A stretch of DNA of 16,142 nt from Octopus sinensis (Eukaryota), in NCBI RefSeq assembly GCF_006345805.1, contig NW_021825212.1, positions 1 through 16,142 on the forward strand, written 5' to 3'. Numbering within the stretch: position 1 is the stretch's first letter; every line of letters starts with the position of its first letter. Made by a program: the position numbers and the translations under genes. Below the pieces are notes generated by a model. The model ran no database searches. It was given only the letters and a program-made list of their open reading frames with translations, and was not told the DNA's origin. This document shows positions 8,627-16,142 of this stretch, in pieces.

Positions 8627-8795
8627 TGTGTGTGTGTGAGTGTGTCTGTATGTGTGTGTGCGTGTGTGTGTGTGTGCGTGCGTATGTGTATGCGTGTGTG
8701 TGTGCGCGCATCTGTGTGTGCGCGCGTGAATGAGTGTGTGCGTATGCGTGCGTGTGTGTGCGCGTATGTGTGTGTGTGCGTATGCGTGAGTGTGG

Positions 8796-8850
<55 letters not shown>
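8627..8850. repeat. (TG)n/(TGCG)n alternating purine-pyrimidine tract
   Basis: Read directly from the sequence. Confidence 0.95.
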
Positions 8851-8854
<4 letters not shown>

Positions 8855-9186
8855 AAACATGTCTTCATACGTCGTCTCACTCCTGAAGCGGAAGAAAGAC
8901 GATAAACGTGTCGGCCTCACTTTAAAATGAACGGTGGACTTAGCAACGACCTGTCTTCTAACTGGAGATGTGGACAGTTGTCGTGACTGATGTACTTTTC
9001 AAATCTTTTTCTTGTTTCCTTTGCTTTATCTATTACTTATATATTTATGTCTTACCGCTGCTTTATATTTTGTCTTCTGCTTGGTTTCGTTTCAAGCCAT
9101 AGGAAGGTGAGCGGTTGATGTGAGGATGAGTAAACGACAGACATCAATGGGGTAGAGAATAGATGGTTATAAAATATACACCCTGT

Positions 9187-9501
9187 AAGGCAGCGAGCTG
9201 GCAAAATCGTTAGCAAGCCGGGCGAAATGCGTAGCCGTATTTCGCCTGCCATTACGTTCTGAGTTCACATTCCGCCGAGGACGACTTTGCCTTTCATCCT
9301 TTCGTTACGCACCAGTTAAGTACCAGTTACGCACTGGGTTCGATATAATCGACTTAATCCGTTTGTCTGTCCTTGTTTGTCCCCTCTGTGTTTAACCCAT
9401 TGTGGGTATTACAGAAATAGGTATTTCGTCTGTCTGCACGTTCTGAGTTCAAATTCCGCGGAGGCCGACTTTGCCTTTCTTCCCTTGCGGGTAGTAAAGA
9501 A
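9187..9501 (+). mobile_element. tRNA-derived SINE, family C, with partial tandem duplication
   Basis: AAGGCAGCGAGC, A-box-like TGGCAAAATCG (9199-9209), 11-bp hairpin 9221-9246, B box GAGTTCACATTCC (9261-73). Segment 9237-9300 is repeated at 9421-9485, with B box GAGTTCAAATTCC at 9445-57. Confidence 0.8.
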
Positions 9502-9506
9502 CTATA

Positions 9507-9548
9507 TAACAACATCCGATATCTGGTCGATTACGTGATCACGTGATA
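9507..9548 (+). mobile_element. SINE family B 3' tail fragment
   Basis: TAACAACATCCGATATCTGGTCGATTACGTGATCACGTGATA matches the ends of 4326-4637 and 670-943. Confidence 0.65.
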
Positions 9549-9884
9549 TATGTATGTACAATTTTATACATCATAACAAAAATTACTATTGATTTTTATG
9601 TTCCACCACATGGTACCTTTTCTTGTCTGAGGAAGTTTTACTTGGCCAAATATATAATTCACAATTAGCAAATTTCACGGCATTATACGACGCATTACAA
9701 TATGCGATGTGGGGCCTATATTACATGGGTCAATGCATAAGAAATGGGTGGGGTTCTGAATATGTGCTGCTGAAATTGGGATGCATCAAATACGCCCGTG
9801 CGTTAATTTCAATGCATCACACTTCGACGATGTCTTAACTGGCCGAAACTTTGAGGTCACTATCAATAATATACTTGTTTATAC

Positions 9885-9975
9885 ATGTACATATACATAT
9901 GTGTGTGGATGTGTGTGTGTGTGTGTACATACACATATATTTATCTATATACATATACATATTCATATACATGTG

Positions 9976-10038
<63 letters not shown>

Positions 10039-10136
10039 CCAGTATTGTGTAGCTCTAAAGTTTGTTGATCCTGGGCCAGCAAATACCTTCTTGCGAGTGA
10101 ATTTTGTGTGTGTATGCGTGTGTGTGTGTGTGTGTA

Positions 10137-10168
<32 letters not shown>

Positions 10169-10178
10169 CGTATGTATG

Positions 10179-10222
<44 letters not shown>

Positions 10223-10256
10223 GAGGAGAGAGAGATGTACATAAATATATTTGTAT

Positions 10257-10296
<40 letters not shown>

Positions 10297-10570
10297 ATAG
10301 ATAGACAGATACATACTAAGATAGATAGATATGTATGTATGATCGGTGCGTGTGCATGCGTGTGTGTATGAGTGAATTTGCGTGGATTTGTGTGTATGTG
10401 TGTGCGTAAGTCCCCGCTCGTACGTATGTATATGTACATACGCATGTGCTGTGCGTTTTCGTATGCATGCAATTGTACAAGTATAATATACATATGTATA
10501 TCCATGCTCTCTGTACACACACACACACACATACACACCTCTGTGTGTGTGTGTGTCTGTGTGTGTATTA
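9885..10570. repeat. Compound TG/TA/GATA/CA low-complexity region
   Basis: Read directly from the sequence. Confidence 0.9.
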
Positions 10571-10639
10571 TATCATATATATTATATCATCTGACGTTGC
10601 GTGAACATTTGCCGATTAATCACCAGTAAAGTCACTGGA

Positions 10640-10930
10640 ATGTTGTGGCGATCTCATATGAAATGCGACCAACCGTCCAAACGCGACCGCCCTATCATCG
10701 TCTTAGACGGCGCGTAAAGATGGCGGAGAATATATATATATGTGGCGGAAGTGGCGATTGTAAGCGGGATGGGTCGCGGGTGGGATTGGTATGGGGTGGG
10801 GTGGCGGAATGTACAGCTTCTTATAAAAGCATATCGATTCCACGTCGTAAGGGGAAAGCGTATCAGATCGCCGAGTAAATTGCTTAAGAGGAAAATAAGC
10901 TTCTGAAATGGCGGCGTTGATGGAACGCAT
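10640..10930 (+). promoter_or_regulatory. Candidate CpG-rich Pol II promoter
   Basis: YY1-like AAGATGGCGG (10717-26), ETS-like GCGGAAGTG (10745-53), G-rich boxes (~10766-10808), TATAAAAG (10822-29), DRE-like TATCGAT (10832-38) and AAATGGCGGCG (10906-16). CpG is locally frequent in an AT-rich background. Confidence 0.45.
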
Positions 10931-10994
10931 TGTATTCACACATGACTGGGTCTGAAAGATCTCATACGTATTGTATTATACTGTGTTATGTTGA

Positions 10995-11032
10995 TACATA
11001 CATATATATTATATACATATATATATATTACG

Positions 11033-11077
<45 letters not shown>

Positions 11078-11148
11078 TATATGTATATGTATGTATATAT
11101 ATATATATGTAATATATATATATGTATATATATATGTGCATATTATAT

Positions 11149-11181
<33 letters not shown>

Positions 11182-11226
11182 TATTGTATATATGTATGTA
11201 TATATATATATATATGTATATATATA

Positions 11227-11290
<64 letters not shown>

Positions 11291-11352
11291 TTATATATAC
11301 ATACATATATACATATATATATATATTATATATATGTGTATATATATATATG
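10995..11352. repeat. Long degenerate (TA)n tract
   Basis: Read directly from the sequence. Confidence 0.95.
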
Positions 11353-11567
11353 TCTGTGTGTGTAATTTATACATTTCCACATATACATCGGGGCATGTAC
11401 ATGTACTAACGCAACTGTATATGTATTTCTGTCTGTGTGTGTGTGCGTGTGCGTGTGTGTGTTTCCATCTGTATATTTATACATGCCTTGTGTGACTTCT
11501 TCAATTTTAAGCTTAACCATGAACGGTGCGGGAGTAGATTACGAGTATTATAAGTGACACCTGGTCA

Positions 11568-12020
11568 ATGGTGGTGGTGGTGGTGGTGATGGTGGTGGTG
11601 GTAGTGTTTGTGATGGTGGGGTATTGGTGTGGGTAGTGATTATGATGATGGTGGTGATGGTGGTGGTGGTGGTGATTTTTGTGATGGTGGTGTACTGATG
11701 TGGGTAGTGATTGTGTTGGTGATAGTGGTGGTGGTTGTGGTGGTGATGGTGGTGGTGGTAGTGTTTGTGATGGTGGGTATTGGTGTGGGTAGTGATTATG
11801 ATGATGGTGGTGATGGTGGTGGTGGTGATTTTTGTGATGGTGGGGTATTGATGTGAGTAGTGATTGTGGTGGTGGTAGTGGTGGGACCGTGGTCATAGTG
11901 ACGATGATGGTGATGATGTTGGAGTCTACGATTCTAATAGAGATGGTGATAATGAGGATGGTAGTGATGAAGATGTTAACGTTTATGATGATGGTAGCGG
12001 TGGTGGTGGTGGTGGTGGTT
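11568..12020. repeat. (GGT/GAT)n-derived minisatellite with ~157-bp higher-order duplication
   Basis: GTAGTGTTTGTGATGGTGGG occurs at 11601 and 11758. The subunit TTTGTGATGGTGG..TA.TG.TGTG.GTAGTGATT occurs four times. Confidence 0.9.
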
Positions 12021-12204
12021 GTCCTCGTCATCGTCGTTGTGTATGTCTCAATTGCCTATACATGTGTGCGTGGTGCCATCCTCAGATGTCAAAAAGATCT
12101 CAGAGCAACGTAAAAGTGAATTTTTTTTGCTCAAAACACGATGAAATTTCCTTTTGGCACAACTTTCATAATATACCCAGATACACAAAAATCGAGAAAA
12201 TATT

Positions 12205-12295
12205 GCACACAACACACCGCCTGGTCCAAGAATCGAAACCACAATCTTGCGATTATCAGTGCATCATCCCAAACCATTAGGCCATGCGCCCTCAC
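12205..12295 (-). mobile_element. SINE family B tRNA-like head, diverged
   Basis: Minus strand GTGAGGGCGCATGGCCTAATGGTTTGGG...GTGGTTTCGATTCTTGGACCAGGCGGTGTGTTGTG has the same start as 943 (-). Confidence 0.75.
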
Positions 12296-12322
12296 GTGTA
12301 AACACGACAGTGGGATCGTTAA

Positions 12323-12698
12323 TGCTTCCCAACCACATGGTTTCGGGTTCAGTCCCACTGCGTGGCATCTTGGGCAAGTGACTTCTACTATAGCCTCAGG
12401 CTGACCAAAGCCTTATGAGTGAATTTAGTGGACGGAAACTGAAAGAAGCTCATCGTGTTTGTGTGCGTGTGTTTATTTGTTTTCTTGCTTGTTTGTTTGT
12501 TTGTTTGTTTGTTTGTGTATGTTTGTGTTTATCCCACACCACCACGTCAAAACCGGTGCTGGGGTGTTTACGTTCCTGTAATTTAGTGGTTCTGCCAGGC
12601 TTTAAAAAAACGACTGGGATCGATTCGTTCGGCTAAAATACTCTAAAGGCGATGCTCCAGCAAGGCCGCAGTCTAATGACATGAAGCGAGCAAAAGAT
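12323..12698 (+). mobile_element. SINE family A, 5'-clipped, diverged 3' half
   Basis: TGCTTCCCAACCACATGGTTTCGGGTTCAGTCCCACTGCGTGGCATCTTGGGCAAGTG...AAAGGCGATGCTCCAGCAAGGCCGCAGTC. The internal repeat here is (GTTT)n. Confidence 0.88.
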
Positions 12699-13309
12699 TA
12701 ACGATATCTAGCAGGTTGAGCGACCACGCAAAACCTCCTCTATTTGCGACTGTGTGATCTGTTGCGGTGAGGAATTAGGGAAAATGACTGAGAATCTGAA
12801 GCAAGATGGGTTTTTTTTTCTGTATCAATTGTGGAATCTGAACCAAAACTAATAACAAATACAGTATTGGTTTTATCAGTGGCAAAGCCACGGATGGGAT
12901 GGGAGACAACAGAACCATTACTGCAGCGAACAAAACTGCGTGAAGCATAAATTTACGTTGTATGATTGTCTCAGATCAAATCCTTCTGGGGTTCCACTTT
13001 GCTTTCCTTCTTTTTGAGAGATCGATAACTGAAGTGCCAGTCAGGTTAGGTGATCGATTTAATCAATTAAACCAACTTCTTACATATTCATGTGTGTGTG
13101 GAGCGGTAGCAATGTTAAGACACGTCTCTGTCACTCTGTTTAATTATCTCCCTTTCTCAACTGCACTCTCTCTCTCTTCTTCAGAATCTCTCTCTCTCCC
13201 CATCCTTCACATCTTATATAAATATTTGTGTGTGTGTGTGTGTCTGTGTGTCTGTGTATCTGTGTATCTGTGTGTCTGTATATGTATGTATGTATAATAT
13301 CAGGACTGC

Positions 13310-13312
<3 letters not shown>

Positions 13313-13352
<40 letters not shown>

Positions 13353-13386
13353 ATATATAGATATATATATATATATATATATGTAC

Positions 13387-13425
<39 letters not shown>

Positions 13426-13518
13426 TTATAAATATTATATATATGTATATATATAATGTATATATATAAATACATATACAAACACACAGATAAACAGACA
13501 CACAGACACACGCACATA

Positions 13519-13571
<53 letters not shown>

Positions 13572-13620
13572 CATATATATATACATATATATACATATAT
13601 ATATATACATATATACATAC

Positions 13621-13652
<32 letters not shown>
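13313..13652. repeat. Long degenerate (TA)n tract
   Basis: Read directly from the sequence. Confidence 0.95.
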
Positions 13653-13824
13653 GGAAAGAGAGAGTGAGATGTATGTGTGTGTATGTATATATTATATGTA
13701 TGGTATGCGAATCTATGTGTGAATATGTTTGTATATGTAAATGTATGCATCTGTGAGGGGGGGGGGCGATGCGTGCCTCTGTGTGTGTGTGTGTGCGCGC
13801 GTGCGTGCGCGCGTGTTTACCATG

Positions 13825-14025
13825 CCAATTGATATGAGAAGCTGAAAAAGCCAATCAGACGAAAGCGGAGCTGATCAGACCAATCCAGTTTAGTGGATGA
13901 ATGAAATACATTGGATGATCTGACAAAAGACTGCAAAGCAATCGATCGCTAGACTCATTGATCGATCAATGACCAGCTTAATGGCTTAATACAAACCCAT
14001 TCTAAACCGATGCCAAGTGATCAAT
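13825..14025. promoter_or_regulatory. Candidate cis-regulatory module: phased CCAAT boxes and an ATCGAT/ATCAAT palindrome
   Basis: CCAAT at 13825, 13851 and 13880 and ATTGG at 13910; perfect 18-bp palindrome at 13955-13972. Confidence 0.3.
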
Positions 14026-16142
14026 AATATATTTAAAAACCTAATCGAACGTGATCTTTTGAAAAGGTTTTACGGATCTTTAGTTGAAAATTGTTTAATT
14101 AAGCAGAACAAGTGGAAGGAAATTCGTTTGGTCGGTGTCAGCTCTCTCAGAATTACGGTTATTTCCTGATAGTGGAGTCGGCCAGCAAAGCAGCGAACAT
14201 TTGCAATGAGTAACCCAGTAACATGTGAGCTTATAAAGTGGAGACACCGATAATAAAGGGTCCTATTGCTCCGCTTTTGTAATGTACTGATACATCGCGT
14301 AATATTTCCTCCATTCTGTGCATTTAGATGTTTTCACGTATGTTATGAAACTGGTGCACAAAGGAAATTTAATCAAACTAGCAAAAGAGGGAGAAAACAA
14401 AAACTTGCTCACGTTTGCAGAGTTGAACATCACAGAAAATAACTACCAACATCGTAAAAGATAAAATAGATGTATATGAGATGGCAATGAGGCGCAGACT
14501 GCAACATTCGAAATTTATTTGCTTCTCAACACATTGATTTCATTGTTCTGAATCTTGCCGTGGCGAACCCCCATTAGTCTCTAAAAAGTTCTATAATTTT
14601 CTTTTTTTTTTTTACCTGCCATATACTGATCTATAATTGACCTATCTATTTTTTTTTGTTTAATTCCCAAGATGCTAGCTATATCCTCTCAGCCTTGTTC
14701 TGTCTCTTCAGCGAAAGCTAACCCAGACTAACGAATCTAACAACAATTTTTGGCCCTTATTTACAGAAATCAGAAAATTATTTCCCGATGCGAGTGAAAT
14801 CTGCCAACTAATGTTTAATCGTCAGGAGCATTGTGAACAGCGAGAATCAAAAACAAGACATACATATTTGCTCTTAATTAGTTCTGGCAGATACGAACGT
14901 GAATGTGCTAATCGCTGTTGAATTTCATCATTGGAGAACAATTTCTCTTTCATAACACACTCAATTCTTTAAGGTAAAGAGACTTTGGGACAACCGGCGT
15001 TTCGATCTTGTCTCCTTGGCTAAAGCTACCCCAGATCAATGAATATGTCCACAAAGTTTCCTCAAACCACGTTCTTGCGTCAACAAATTTGGTATGAAAT
15101 GGACTCAGCTCGGTCTGAAAATGCCTAAGACACATTTCATGTCACGAAAGTACCCCCTCGTCTAATCAAAGAATTAAGGACCCAGATTAATGCAAAAGGG
15201 CAACATATGTAACGTGAGACAAACCAGATTAAACTGGTCATCCGATACCCAGTTGCCGTTGTCGTCTGAGACTTTCAAAAGGAAATTAAAACTTTGTGCA
15301 AATAAAGATATTATTTAAAAAAAAAAAAACAAGGAAACAAAATTAAAATCCATTTGTTCCAAAACTGGTACTTGGTGATAAATGGACAGAGTGTAGTAAT
15401 ATATTATTAACTGTGCTGCATTTTCAAGATTAAAAATAGTTTGCAAATAGTTGTCTGGAAATTTATGAGTCCACGAGATAAACTGTAAAATTATCTTAAT
15501 GCTTTCAGTCTAGTATGCTCTCAAGAATTTTGAGCTCAGATATTTCTCGTCATCTGGGGGGAAATTTGAACATCATAAAATGTCCACGCGTATAGAACAT
15601 TAAGAGTTAGACATAATATTAAGATGGAGTGAATTCGGTGCCGATCTTCAAATATCCAACCAAGCTAATATATTAATAAGCATTCCCACATCAAGAGCAG
15701 TAAAACCGAGTTGCAAATATGTTCGAATGTGTTGGATTTTATAGTTTACTAGTTTGTTTAAAACACTGTGTTGGTGGTGGGCGAAATAACAGCTACACGT
15801 TTAGTATGAAAGTCGAGCGGTGAGGTCGCTGCTTTCATATTTAAGACAATGAACTGGGAAATTTTAATTAATTAAGATTAATCAGCGGTGAGGAGAAAGA
15901 AACATTAGCTTAATGACCAAGTCTGCTAAAATTAAAAAACAGAAAAACAAAAACATTTGGAAACCAGGGGAGACAACTCTGAAATTTTAATTAATTAATT
16001 AATCAAACATAGAATATGGGCGATGCAGAGGGTCTCGTTGCAGGAGAGTGTAGATGGCCGAATTGATTGGGTCACATACAAACTGATGGAGAGATTGTTA
16101 GTTCGTATCCTGGCACTGGTAGCCTGCCACTAGTAATACACT

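Noticed and set aside
7993-8880. 295-aa and 196-aa ORFs (poly-D/M/H/I, HT repeats)
   Set aside because: They are translations of the (CAT)n and (TG)n arrays, with no domain or splice context.
9170-9187. CACCCTGTA resembling a Tc1/mariner TIR end
   Set aside because: Too short, with no partner TIR or transposase remnant.
9822-9862. Hammerhead-like TCGACGA-TGTC..GGCC-GAAAC..GTC
   Set aside because: The core is mutated at C3/U4, stem II is mismatched and there is no stem I pairing; at best a dead relic.
11568-11885. CRISPR-like repeat-spacer pattern
   Set aside because: The spacers are themselves GGT repeats, the context is eukaryotic, and there are no cas genes.
12040-12090. CTGAGGA on the minus strand (other CTGAnGA hits at ~2250, ~9627 and ~14706)
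   Set aside because: None has a stem II followed by GAAA with a closing stem I.
16-13854. Numerous YI/CV/HT/MYVC-rich ORFs in the track
   Set aside because: Microsatellite artefacts; others are chance frames through SINEs.
14328-14464. Possible terminal exon after TTTAG (VFTYVMKLVHKGNLIKLAKEGENKNLLTFAELNITENNYQHRKR*)
   Set aside because: Short, unrecognised, and without a supported upstream exon; BLASTX or RNA-seq would be needed.
14950-15135. 61-aa complex ORF on the minus strand
   Set aside because: No recognisable motif, and the length is within chance expectation.

Overview
Repeat-dense, AT-rich animal genomic DNA, intronic or intergenic. The SINE families and microsatellite load look like octopus/coleoid cephalopod; this is inferred from memory, not searched. 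No intact protein-coding gene is supported, and nearly all listed ORFs are microsatellite translation artefacts. The window contains at least 11 SINE copies or fragments from 3-4 families, most with tRNA-type heads, and a decayed DD37D (maT) Tc1/mariner element with an internal deletion. It also has many TA/TG/TATG/GATA/CAT/GGT arrays, an old ~300-bp inverted duplication, and two candidate promoter/enhancer patches. The best signals are two minimal type I hammerhead-ribozyme motifs in Penelope-like contexts. One is canonical (2937-2979, +). The other has a G3-C8 swapped core (5979-6029, -) and lies in the loop of a 54-bp inverted repeat, inside a ~250-bp non-coding insert with a 12-bp target-site duplication. 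A second copy of that insert (1486-1627) begins 4 nt from the predicted cleavage site.
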